64,000 nt of DNA from Candidatus Bathyarchaeota archaeon. GTDB lineage: Archaea > Thermoproteota > Bathyarchaeia > Bathyarchaeales > Bathycorpusculaceae. The position numbers and the translations under genes are program-made. The first letter of the stretch is position 1; each line of letters begins with the position of its first letter. Location of the stretch: assembly GCA_963772455.1 (NCBI GenBank), contig CAVYXJ010000013.1, positions 106,315-170,314 on the forward strand. Direction: 5' to 3'. Below are positions 1 to 9,673 of this stretch, one piece after another. Under the pieces are notes generated by a model that saw nothing but the letters and a program-made list of their open reading frames with translations, was not told where the DNA came from and did no database searches.

Positions 1-22
1 AACTTTCAATTAAATCCTTAAA

Positions 23-775
23 TTAAGTAGGATTTGGGAGACTGCTTTTTTTATTGAATTTATTTGATACAATTTGATAGATAACAATTGCAGAGTAAAA
101 CCCATATGAAAGCAAAAGAACTGGGCGATATATTGCGTACTTAAGGTCACTGACCACAAATCCAACATTGTTATTTAGTGACCAAACTGTGTTTGGTCGA
201 AAATGAAAGCAGTAAGGTTCATAGACGCCAATCACTTTGAGGCCTTTTTTCTCTATCCATGATTTGATAAATCCATCTTCATAAGTGTGAAGATGAGCTG
301 GGATTTTTATATCATCAACGGTCTTTCGGCGAATCAAAAGGTCGTGAGTTCCGCCTCGTTGTTCAAATATTTTTAGTGTCATTCTTTCGAAAAGTCTTAA
401 TATTTTTGCTCCTTTTAGAACCGACCATATTTCAATTCCCCAGATTGCGCCGACATCTTCTTTAACAAATTTTTGTGCTTTAGCAAACCAGTTCTTTGAC
501 AATATAACGTCGCTGTCTACAAACATGAACCATTCAGTACTTACTAGTTGAATTGCTGTCTGTCTGGCTTTGCCTCTGGTCCCTTTTTCTTGAACAAATT
601 TTACGTTTCCGTATCTTTCTTGAAATTCGTTTAATATTTTCTCCGTCGCATCGGTGGAGAATCCGTCAACAACAATTAGGTTTTTGACAGGCACGTTGTT
701 ATAAACTGAGTTTATGCATTCTTTTAGCATTCTTGCGCTATTCTTTGTAAGAATTGCAACGTCAATAGCTTCCAT
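23..775 (-). CDS. Glycosyltransferase family 2
   Basis: IDVAILTKNS, LIVVDGFSTD and FVDSD (DxD) GT-A motifs; start taken at ATG 775 within ORF 23..859. Confidence 0.85.
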   Translation of the reverse strand: MEAIDVAILTKNSARMLKECINSVYNNVPVKNLIVVDGFSTDATEKILNEFQERYGNVKFVQEKGTRGKARQTAIQLVSTEWFMFVDSDVILSKNWFAKAQKFVKEDVGAIWGIEIWSVLKGAKILRLFERMTLKIFEQRGGTHDLLIRRKTVDDIKIPAHLHTYEDGFIKSWIEKKGLKVIGVYEPYCFHFRPNTVWSLNNNVGFVVSDLKYAIYRPVLLLSYGFYSAIVIYQIVSNKFNKKSSLPNPT

Positions 776-1202
776 GTTATTGGAGACTCCTTCGATATTT
801 GTGAAGGGTTCCTTCAGCGAGAAGCATAAAAAATTCAGGGTTTTCAAGATCTGAAACAAATAATTGAACCGGAATGCCTCTCATTAATTCAACCCTTTCG
901 CTGAAGTGTTCCCAAATTGTAAGAGCTATATTTAAACAAACAGTATAACCCCTTGAGATTAACTTGAAATGTTTCTTTTTCTTTTGATAACTGCTTAGAA
1001 ACAGCCTTGTAAAATCAAAAAATTATTCCTTAATGGTTTCAATGTGCTACAATTTCGCAAAAGACTTTGAAATGAACTAATGAAATTCCATGTAGTCGTT
1101 ATACTTGCACCAAATGGAACAATTATTAAATTATTTGTAACGTGAAAGTCGCAAAATATAAAAATCATGCGCAAATAGAAAATGCTCCTCAGGGTGACCT
1201 CA

Positions 1203-1538
1203 ATGAACTTCTGTCCAGAATGCGGAGGAATACTTCAAGTCATCAAAAAAGGTGCTCCTTCACTCAGATGTCCAAAATGTAAATATCAAAAACAACTAAA
1301 ACCAGAAGAAAGAAAACAGAAAATTAGCATACAATGCGGTAAATCTGCAGAAATTGCGGTCATCGACAAAAAAGCAGCATCCCTAAGGCAAATGCCCATA
1401 GTTAATATTGTTTGCTTAACATGCGGCCACACCCAAAGCGAAACTTGGAACGTGGAAGCTGCAGACGAAACCATACACTCGACTATTACCTTCTTTAGGT
1501 GCACAAAATGTGGAGCAACAAGAAGAGAGTCAGGATGA
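1203..1538 (+). CDS. Transcription factor S / RpoM-family two-zinc-ribbon protein (divergent paralog)
   Basis: MNFCPECG..CPKC N-terminal ribbon and CLTCG..FFRCTKCG C-terminal ribbon; QTRxxDE motif altered. Confidence 0.8.
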   Translation: MNFCPECGGILQVIKKGAPSLRCPKCKYQKQLKPEERKQKISIQCGKSAEIAVIDKKAASLRQMPIVNIVCLTCGHTQSETWNVEAADETIHSTITFFRCTKCGATRRESG

Positions 1539-1854
1539 TTCAACAATGAAAGACTATTGCAACTAAATGTGAGAAATTTCTTCCTTTTAGTGATGGAAAA
1601 TTATAACTAAAAGTTACCTTGGAAGTTTTTTTAAATTCCATTAATTTAATCGATTTTTTTAATTTTTGGTGAGAAAGCTGGATTTAAACCGACTACCTTT
1701 ACCAAGAGGGAACAAAGTGTCACGAGCATTGGTTCAGTTTCTGTCTTTTCATTGGGGTTGGACCCTGAATTCCATGATGAATTTAAGAAGATTCCTACAT
1801 TAATCCAATGTCTTTTTATAATTCTGTAATGTATGTTTTTAAAAGAAAATGTTT

Positions 1855-1994
1855 GGGGTTGTAGTATAGCCAGGTAGTACGGCGGGCTCCAGAAAGCATT
1901 GATTGCTTGACCCGTATGGGGATGACGAAATTCTGGAGCGGTCTACTTTGGGGAAACCCGTTGGTCATCGGTTCAAATCCGATCAGCCCCACCA
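1855..1994 (+). tRNA. tRNA-Trp(CCA) with 63-nt intron (1893-1955) at position 37/38
   Basis: Acceptor GGGGTTG/CAGCCCC, anticodon CCA 1889-1891, T-arm GGTTCAAATCC, encoded CCA end, bulge-helix-bulge (CTCC pairs with GGGG 1950-1953). Confidence 0.93.
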
Positions 1995-2216
1995 TCTTTT
2001 ATTTCAAGTATTAAAAAGAAAACAAAAACAGTATTATTTGATAATGTGAGTAAAGAGAGAAAGTGAACTCATTTTTAACTAAAGTTTCAAACTGTAGCTT
2101 TCTTTGCCTTATCGTAATGTATGCATAAACTATTGAATAACTCTGAGAACCTTTGCCCTCTCGCTTTTTTGCTGCATAAATACTCCAAATTTTTTTCTTT
2201 CTTTTTGTTAATTCAG

Positions 2217-2627
2217 TTATCGGAACAACTTCCATTCTGTTCGCAATAAGATACTCAGAATAACGATACTTGCACAATTAACTATTATGCCAAATGTCAA
2301 AATTCCAACAACCATGCTGGTTATGAATGCAGCAATGGCGGTTAGGCATATTGCGTAAAATCCCACTTTTCTCCACATGAGAAGTGCTATGATTGAGCAT
2401 ATGCTAATTATTGTGTAAATTATAAAAAGAGGTATTGACCAAAGCGGAGAACCACCAAAGAAGCCATCAAAAAATGAGAAAAGAATTGCTCCCAAGGGGA
2501 AGAAAAGTAAACGTATACTAGGTACTTGTGAGAGCAGAAATATCATATTTCCAAGCAGAATTATTACAAGCCAAAAAGTTAACCCTCCGTCACGTTTTTT
2601 GGGCTGGTTTGGCTGGTTTTCTGACAT
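2217..2627 (-). CDS. Hypothetical membrane protein (about 4 TM)
   Basis: ORF with four hydrophobic segments. Confidence 0.65.
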   Translation of the reverse strand: MSENQPNQPKKRDGGLTFWLVIILLGNMIFLLSQVPSIRLLFFPLGAILFSFFDGFFGGSPLWSIPLFIIYTIISICSIIALLMWRKVGFYAICLTAIAAFITSMVVGILTFGIIVNCASIVILSILLRTEWKLFR

Positions 2628-3146
2628 ACTTTTCAATTTGTTTGGTTTTAGCTTTAAGTTTTGCCTTTTGACCTTGATTTTCTGCCTTTCCTAGTGAATT
2701 CAACCGATTCCATAACTCGAAAAGTTCCCATTTAATCGGTAGTATGTGTGCCCATCATTTAACTTATTCTTGGGTGTTGTCCTGACTCTGTTTTTGCTTA
2801 GAGAACTGTTCTGAACGGCTCCTCTATAATTAGCAATAAAAGCGCAGCGGAATTTCTTTATCATAGGTTGCAAAACAGCCTTTCTTTCCAAATGGGTGTT
2901 TCCATTTTTTGTAGATTGCCGTTGTTTCGTTTATGCTTCTTACGAGGTATCCTGTGCTTTTCCTTAAGTGGCTTTTCCAGAAAAATTTTGTGGCGAGTAA
3001 ACATTTTTTTCTGGCGCTTAGTCAATATTTGTCTAGACTACGACCCACCCTGCTATTCAGTGTGCAAATAAGTAACCTGCAACAACAAAATATTTCATTA
3101 ACGTATCCGTACTTTGGAATAAGGCAAGACAAAAAACCGTGGGCAA

Positions 3147-3479
3147 CTATTTGATTGCTATTAACTCGAATTTCTTGAATTGAGATCCTGATTGCTTCAT
3201 AACTTGTAAGCTATGACGAAGTTTAGTGTCCTTCAACGATAGTTCAGTTAGCTCTCTTTCAAGATCTCCGCTAAGATCGGCAGTATATACTTTGATGGTG
3301 GCAAGGTAAATCTTCGCTTTCTTTATTTTATCCAAATCCAGATCGCTTTGTGCATCAAGACAAAATGGAACCCCTTCATCGATGTTTTGGGCATCAAGGT
3401 GGTGTTCTTGTTTGTTTACTTTCATGACGCGAATTCTCCTCTGAACAGTTTCAGCAAACTTCCAATCCGGACTTGACAT
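3147..3479 (-). CDS. Hypothetical protein
   Basis: ORF with GGGGTGA Shine-Dalgarno upstream of ATG 3479. Confidence 0.65.
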   Translation of the reverse strand: MSSPDWKFAETVQRRIRVMKVNKQEHHLDAQNIDEGVPFCLDAQSDLDLDKIKKAKIYLATIKVYTADLSGDLERELTELSLKDTKLRHSLQVMKQSGSQFKKFELIAIK

Positions 3480-3679
3480 ACTTATCACCCCTTTTAGCTA
3501 CATCCTTACATTTTACCTTAACTACATATTTTATTAAGAAAACAACAATAATTAAAAATAAGCAACTTGTTCCATAAAATACGTTGAAGAGAATTCAATT
3601 CTACTGTTAAAAGTGATGGTTTCAGATCAACAAAACAAAGATCTTTAAAAAGCTGTGAATCTTCCTTTTTTCAATAAAA

Positions 3680-3698
3680 AAAACAGAAGGTATATATG
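3680..3698 (+). promoter_or_regulatory. BRE/TATA promoter of 5S rRNA
   Basis: Purine-rich AAACAGAAGG followed by TATATAT about 25 nt upstream of the 5S start. Confidence 0.55.
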
Positions 3699-3720
3699 GG
3701 ATAATTGAACATTAGGGTTG

Positions 3721-3843
3721 GGTTTGCCGGTCAAAGGACTCGGGTTCCACCTGATCCCATTCCGAACTCAGAAGTTAAACCGTGTTCCGTTTCCAGCTGT
3801 AGTGTGGTCTTAGGCCACGTGAACCTGGGAAAGCTGGCAACCT
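3721..3843 (+). rRNA. rrf: 5S rRNA (stand-alone)
   Basis: CACCTGATCCCATTCCGAACTCAGAAGTTAAAC 5S signature; terminal helix TTGCCGG/CTGGCAA; about 122 nt. Confidence 0.93.
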
Positions 3844-3934
3844 ACTTCTTATTAATTTCAATATAGAATTCAACGTGATTTGGCATAGCTTTATAACTTA
3901 CTTTTAATAGTTTTTGGAGAAGTGGTGTCTTAAA

Positions 3935-5044
3935 GTGAGTCTTATTCCCGGAAGCGATTCAATTACACAGATTATTAGTTTGCTATCATACGTGTTCTTC
4001 ATAGTTTTAATTTTCTATGGTCAACGTATTCAAATGTATGTAATGATCCGCGAGGTTGAAAACAGTCTCCATAAACTGCGGCACATAAAAGAAGAAGGCA
4101 GAAAAACCGCTATAGAAACATTAAAAGAAATAGGCAAACCTACAGCCGATCCCTCAGCCCGTGTAGACCGCTACCTAGAATACTTTACAATCGGACCCCA
4201 AAACATGGATCCTGCCGGGATAGTGAACAAGCTTGATCATATCCTAGACGTACGCGACGAACGACTAAAAGAAGAAGTCAGACTAATGGCACCTGCCGCC
4301 CAGAACGACGAAGTGCAAATCAACAACCTTGAAAACACCCTCGAAGCGGCAATGGCGCTTAACTTCATCTACAAAGTCGTGCGCCATTACTATATACAAG
4401 GCAAAAAAACCCTAAGCCTATACGTAATAATGCAACTTCAAATGATCTTGCCCATGGTTATGAAAGAGGCTGAAGCATATTCAAGCGCTCTCAAAGCATT
4501 CGCATATGGGCAACCAATAGGAGATGGTGCTGGACCTTTGGTGGCAGGAAAACTCATGCATGGTTACGAAATTCGTAAACTACCCAAAGACTGTGTAATG
4601 GCAACAGTCCCAATAGAAGGACGAACTGCCCTGGTTATCAAAGCAGAAGGCCCCGGCGGAAACGTAGGCAAACCTGGCGAGGCAGTTGAAGCAGTAATCG
4701 AAGAAAACGAAGGCAAAATCGGTCTTCTAATCATGATCGACGCAGGCTTAAAACTTGAAGGAGAACTCGTAGGCGAAGTCTCAGAAGGCATTGGTGCAGC
4801 AATCGGCGGACCAGGCGTAGATGCATACAAAATTGAAGAAAAACTAACAAAATACAAGATCCGCAACTACGCAGTAATAGTCAAAGAAGATATCGGCGAC
4901 GCAGTATCTCCAATGCGCAAAGAAATACACGATGCAACCGACAAAGTCATCGAACGAGTTAAAGGCGTTATCTTGGAACGAACCAAAGAAGGTGACAAAG
5001 TCATAATCGTTGGCGTCGGCAACTCAATCGGAGTTGGACAATAA
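3935..5044 (+). CDS. DUF1512-family conserved archaeal protein
   Basis: N-terminal TM; PIGDGAGPLVA, KAEGPGGNVG, IDAGLKLEGE, GVGNSIGVGQ motifs. Confidence 0.8.
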   Translation: MSLIPGSDSITQIISLLSYVFFIVLIFYGQRIQMYVMIREVENSLHKLRHIKEEGRKTAIETLKEIGKPTADPSARVDRYLEYFTIGPQNMDPAGIVNKLDHILDVRDERLKEEVRLMAPAAQNDEVQINNLENTLEAAMALNFIYKVVRHYYIQGKKTLSLYVIMQLQMILPMVMKEAEAYSSALKAFAYGQPIGDGAGPLVAGKLMHGYEIRKLPKDCVMATVPIEGRTALVIKAEGPGGNVGKPGEAVEAVIEENEGKIGLLIMIDAGLKLEGELVGEVSEGIGAAIGGPGVDAYKIEEKLTKYKIRNYAVIVKEDIGDAVSPMRKEIHDATDKVIERVKGVILERTKEGDKVIIVGVGNSIGVGQ

Positions 5045-5484
5045 TGAGGATGAAAAACATGACACAAAACCAAACACAAGCAACAGCGCCAGCAAGCAAA
5101 AAAATCTCCACCTACCTCACCATGATTGTTCTAATAGTCATGGCATTAGCTGTAACAGCACTTTTCATTGCATTCGAAACATACGTGGCAGGCGATCAGA
5201 TAGCTGCAGGCGTCTTAGCAGGCATAGGAATAATCGCATTGGTACTTTCATTGTTCTTACTCTACCAATCAAAGCTGCAATCAGCACAAGTAAAAATCGA
5301 AGTTCCCAAAGTAATGACAACAATCGAATGCAAATGCGGCAGCAAAACAGTGCGAGAATTCCAGCGAGGCGACTACGTATACAAAGAACTTGACATTCCA
5401 TGCCAAAAATGCCCTACAACAAAACAAATGATAACCGGAATCTACAAAGAAGTCAAAGAAAAAGAAAAAACCTTCAACGTCTAA
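5044..5484 (+). CDS. Hypothetical 2-TM protein with C-terminal zinc ribbon
   Basis: Two TM helices then C-x-C..REFQRGDYV..CxxC; start overlaps the DUF1512 stop. Confidence 0.75.
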   Translation: MRMKNMTQNQTQATAPASKKISTYLTMIVLIVMALAVTALFIAFETYVAGDQIAAGVLAGIGIIALVLSLFLLYQSKLQSAQVKIEVPKVMTTIECKCGSKTVREFQRGDYVYKELDIPCQKCPTTKQMITGIYKEVKEKEKTFNV

Positions 5485-5517
5485 TTTTCCTTTTTTAATT
5501 TTAATTAACTCTATTTT

Positions 5518-6420
5518 CTAAGTTAAAACTTCGCAACCATCATCTTTTATTAATATTGTATGCTCAGCTTGAGCAACAGGTTTCTCGCTTGCTTCAACAA
5601 AAACTGGGTACCCCATGATTGCTTTTGAATCGAATAATTCTTTGAAAGCTGCTTTATGTTGTTCTTGAGGGATTACGCCTATGAGCCAGCGTTCGGCAAA
5701 TGGTAGCGTTCTAAAATTAGTTTCGATGTGTTTTAACATTTTTTTTGCTGAGTCAGTTTTCACTGATTTAGATTTTAATAAGCGGTAAATGGTCTTTTGT
5801 GGGCCATCATCGACTCTGCCAATTGCATCTGGAACAGTAACGAATGGTTCAATTGCATAGACTTCACCCGATTTTACTTTGTATGGTGAAAATCCAGCAA
5901 CATTAGGAATTGAAGTTCCAGCATGAATGAGGTATCGTCCAACCGAGTGACCCGTTAAGTTGCTAATGGGTTTAAATCCGCGGTTTTTTATGGTTGTCTC
6001 GATCAACGCCCCAATTTTACTAAGCATCATGTCACCATGAATGTTGTCGATAGCCGTTTTCAAAGCAAGTTCGGCAGTGTTTGCCAAACTTCTACCCTCT
6101 GAACTAAAACAAGCTGTAAATGCTGTGTCAGTAACGTAACCATCTACTTGGACACCTAAATCTACCTTAACTGTGGAGCCTTCAGGAATCAACGACTTAT
6201 CTCCGGGAGGTGAAGTGTAATGTGCAGCAACTTCATTTATACTCACATTGCAAGGAAAAGCAGGTTTTCCACCCTTAGCGCGAATTAGTCCTTCAACTTT
6301 CTCGCAGACATCAATGATTGGCATATTCTCTTTTACTTGGCTTCGCATTTCCTCGCGAGTTTCGCGCAGAATTTTGCCTGATTTGCGAAATGTTTCAAGT
6401 TCTTCCTTGTCGTACGGCAT
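5518..6420 (-). CDS. map: Methionine aminopeptidase type II
   Basis: AFPCNVSINEVAAHY, DLGVQVDGYVTDTA, NLTGH, AIEPF, AQAEHT. Confidence 0.95.
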   Translation of the reverse strand: MPYDKEELETFRKSGKILRETREEMRSQVKENMPIIDVCEKVEGLIRAKGGKPAFPCNVSINEVAAHYTSPPGDKSLIPEGSTVKVDLGVQVDGYVTDTAFTACFSSEGRSLANTAELALKTAIDNIHGDMMLSKIGALIETTIKNRGFKPISNLTGHSVGRYLIHAGTSIPNVAGFSPYKVKSGEVYAIEPFVTVPDAIGRVDDGPQKTIYRLLKSKSVKTDSAKKMLKHIETNFRTLPFAERWLIGVIPQEQHKAAFKELFDSKAIMGYPVFVEASEKPVAQAEHTILIKDDGCEVLT

Positions 6421-6679
6421 TGAATTTCACTTGATTCTGAATTTGGTTAATGCACTGCATGCTTAAATGGGTAACCACTCTTTGCAAACGAATGGTTTTG
6501 TTTTCTTAAGAAATTAAGATTGAATCAACTTTTGTAAAATGTTACTTATTCTTTTACTTCTTTGAATGTAACAGTTGTTTCTTTCGGTATTGTTTTCTGT
6601 GTTATTGTGTATTTTTTGTTTTTTTTGTTTGTCATGAGCAAGTAAACATTGGATCGTGCTTTATAAGTTGTGTTTTATA

Positions 6680-7234
6680 TCAGGATTTGTAAAGTTTAGG
6701 ATCCAATAGAGCGAAATTGTTTCCACCCGTGTGGTAGATTATTCGGGTTTTTTTTAGGTCATAGCCGCTTTCAGTGAATGCGCCCATATCAGCGTATGCT
6801 TCGAGGATTTTGCCCACAAATATTGTATGATCGCCTGTTGTCGTTTGGCTATCTACTTCACATTCGAGGTGGGCTATGCATTCGCGGATGGCTGGTGCTT
6901 TGACTTGTTTTGCTGGCATCTGTGTTAAACTAGTTTTTTTGAATTTGTCGAAGCTTCTGCCTGTTAGCGAGCCACAAGCGTAGACTGCCTGCAGGATTTC
7001 GAGAGTTGGGATGTTAACGATAAATTCTCCCGATTCTTCGATTAAAGAGTGGCTGTGGCGGGTTGGTGCGAGGCTTATAGCTAGGAGCGGCGGTTTAAGT
7101 GAGGTTGGCATTGCCCATGCAACAGTTGTAATGTTTGGTTTGTTAGTTTTTCCAACACATGAAATCAACACTGTGTGCATAGGATGAAGAAGCCTGAAAG
7201 CCGATGCTATGTTAACTTGAGTTTTAGCCGACAC
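6680..7234 (-). CDS. Flavin reductase-like (FMN-binding) protein
   Basis: PPLLAISL, GEFIVNI, GSLTGR..DKF, GDHTIFVG motifs. Confidence 0.88.
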   Translation of the reverse strand: MSAKTQVNIASAFRLLHPMHTVLISCVGKTNKPNITTVAWAMPTSLKPPLLAISLAPTRHSHSLIEESGEFIVNIPTLEILQAVYACGSLTGRSFDKFKKTSLTQMPAKQVKAPAIRECIAHLECEVDSQTTTGDHTIFVGKILEAYADMGAFTESGYDLKKTRIIYHTGGNNFALLDPKLYKS

Positions 7235-7488
7235 CTAAACCACCTTTACAATCTTCAGTTATTATGTTTGCCAAACTTATACTTTCTTTCTTTAATATGA
7301 AGAAATGTCTATTTTGGGATTATTGTTAAACGTCACGTTAAAAACCATTATCTATCTGAAGATAGCAACAATGAACCACAGTGCCTTAAGAGTTTGAGAC
7401 TAAATTTGCTTTTTTTAAAAAAAAATATTAACTTCAGAACCCATAAGAAAAATAAATTTAAAGTTCTTATTCCAATCTTCTGGCGTTA

Positions 7489-8109
7489 TCAAACCAATAG
7501 TTGCTGCAGGACAGTTAAAGTTCCATATCTTCCCAAACTTAAGAGATTGTCGCCTTTGAAAGTTCGCACTGATGCACCCTTAATCTGAACCAAATCACCA
7601 ACAGAGGGTAAGCTTGCCTGTTCACCCCAAAGACAAATCTTAACTTTCCCAGTTTCATCAGTCACCCACAAATTAGTCACCTTTACTCTGCTTCCATACT
7701 GGGTATTTACTATTTTTGGTTCTTCTATCTCAAAAACTTCTGCTTTTAAATTGATCTTTTTCATTCCACGCCGCAGGTTTTGGATAAAAATTAAGTCGAC
7801 TCCAAGATTTTGCTTAGACATTTGACGACGTATTTTGTCAGTGTCCAACCAACTTTCGAAACTTATGTTTTTCCTAAGGAGAAACGTTTCTTCAACTCGG
7901 AACTGCATTATAACTTTGTTAACTTTTGTAATTAGAAAAACTGCTTGATGATTTATGATGCCGCGGTATTCGATTGTTAGGTCTCCACATGTGGATTTTC
8001 GAAGTGCCCTGGCTGAAATTAATGCTTGGTAGAGTTCTGATAGGTACAGATTATATTTTACGGATAGAAATGCTAGGTGCTCGATTATTATTGGTTCTTT
8101 ATAGTTCAT
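7489..8109 (-). CDS. OB-fold (SSB/RPA-like) protein with N-terminal extension
   Basis: C-terminal half DETGKVKICLWGEQ..GDLVQIKGA..F.G typical of an archaeal SSB OB fold. Confidence 0.75.
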   Translation of the reverse strand: MNYKEPIIIEHLAFLSVKYNLYLSELYQALISARALRKSTCGDLTIEYRGIINHQAVFLITKVNKVIMQFRVEETFLLRKNISFESWLDTDKIRRQMSKQNLGVDLIFIQNLRRGMKKINLKAEVFEIEEPKIVNTQYGSRVKVTNLWVTDETGKVKICLWGEQASLPSVGDLVQIKGASVRTFKGDNLLSLGRYGTLTVLQQLLV

Positions 8110-8283
8110 TGTTTTTGCTCCATGGATTTTGCCAGAACGTCTTGAAAAAGCGGTAAGGTTAGCGCCAGTGATTCTTCTTCTTGAAAAATTTCCGACAAAT
8201 CAACTATAAAGGCTTGTGGAGTATATAGGGATAATAAAATATTGGGAGGTTTTTTCCATGCTTTTCTAAATTTTATAGGTTTA

Positions 8284-9390
8284 TTACCTTTTTACGTGGT
8301 ATTGCTGGATTACGTCTTTAGCTTTTTCTCGTCGCTGTTGGTGTTGCCCGAGGAATATGTTGAGTTTTTCAGCTATGTCTTTTTTGCATTCACCGCAGAG
8401 CATTTCCCCACCTCTACATTTACGTTCGCGTTCAACAAGTTTTACTATGTCTTCTTCAAAAAGGAAAAAGTAGTATTGGAAAATGCTGCAGACACCCGGA
8501 TCAGCGCCTTCTTTACGCTGTTCCGCCGCCGTACCTTTGCCACCTGTGAATGCATTCCAGATCTTCTTTTTGACTACGTCAGGCTGATCCATGGTAAATA
8601 TGCTAGTTTCTGGCTGAGAAGCGCTCATTTTTCCCCCTGCACCAAGACCTGGTAGGAAGCGGCAATGAATTTGTGCGGGTTTGTAGTAGCCAAGTTTTTG
8701 AGCAACGTCCCGGGTTACTCTCCAATAGGGGTCTTGGTCGATGGCGGCCGGAATCAGTGCTGGTACGTTTTCGCCTGTGAGTTTTTTGTGGAGAAAACAA
8801 GGTGCAGCTTGGATGGCTGGCCAGAAAACCCAGCCGATGTTAGTGCTATCTTGGAAGCCGAAACTGCTGCGGGCAGTGCTGTAGGTTATGCGTTTGGCTA
8901 TTTCGAGTGTTATATCATATAGTAAGTCGATATCTTCTGAATCATAAATGATGAAAGTATCTTCAGGTTTAAATCCTAACGCGATAAGGTCCAAGGCATT
9001 TTCGTACGCCCATTTGCGGGTTTGCTTAAGGTTTGCGTTATCACTGATTAAGAATTTTTCATCGTCTGTTAATTGAAAATAGAGCCGTGTTTTGAATTTT
9101 TGTTGAATATGAAGGCTGAATATCCAAGGAACCAAATGTCCAATGTGGACGGGTCCAGATGGTCCTCTGCCAGTGTACAAAACAAATTTTATGCCTTTAT
9201 CGTAGAGGTCAAGAACAGTGTCGAGATCTCGATGACTGAAAAAAATTTTTCGTTCAAGCTGAAGGTGGAGCTTACCAGTTTTGTTTTCCACTCGCTTGAG
9301 AAGTTCTGGAGATAAAGGTTGGGTACCGAATTCTTTTACGAGACGTTCGTAGTCTACTTTGCCCTTTACTTCCCAGGGAGTAACTACCAT
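8284..9390 (-). CDS. trpS: Tryptophanyl-tRNA synthetase
   Basis: VTPWEV, YTGRGPSGPVHIGH, IDQDPY, KMSAS. Confidence 0.96.
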   Translation of the reverse strand: MVVTPWEVKGKVDYERLVKEFGTQPLSPELLKRVENKTGKLHLQLERKIFFSHRDLDTVLDLYDKGIKFVLYTGRGPSGPVHIGHLVPWIFSLHIQQKFKTRLYFQLTDDEKFLISDNANLKQTRKWAYENALDLIALGFKPEDTFIIYDSEDIDLLYDITLEIAKRITYSTARSSFGFQDSTNIGWVFWPAIQAAPCFLHKKLTGENVPALIPAAIDQDPYWRVTRDVAQKLGYYKPAQIHCRFLPGLGAGGKMSASQPETSIFTMDQPDVVKKKIWNAFTGGKGTAAEQRKEGADPGVCSIFQYYFFLFEEDIVKLVERERKCRGGEMLCGECKKDIAEKLNIFLGQHQQRREKAKDVIQQYHVKR

Positions 9391-9673
9391 TTCTCCATTG
9401 TTTTCTTCAGCATTCGCCGTTTATGTTCACCAGTGCTTTTAATGAGAAACGGTGTTTTGACATATATGCTTTTTTCGGTAGAAAACTTTAGTCAAAAACA
9501 TTGCTGAAAACTCTAAAGTGGGTCAAAGGTCGTATTGACGAATGACCCACTAAGCATTGAAAAACAAAAATGCGAACCTTGGTCAAGAAAGATGAAGTTA
9601 TCTTGTTTGCTTGTTTTTTACAAAATGGTCGAAGGCAAAAATCTAACAAAAGAAAAACAAAGTGAAAAAGGAT

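Noticed and set aside
3721-3843. 5S rRNA unlinked from 16S/23S
   Set aside because: Normal arrangement in TACK archaea
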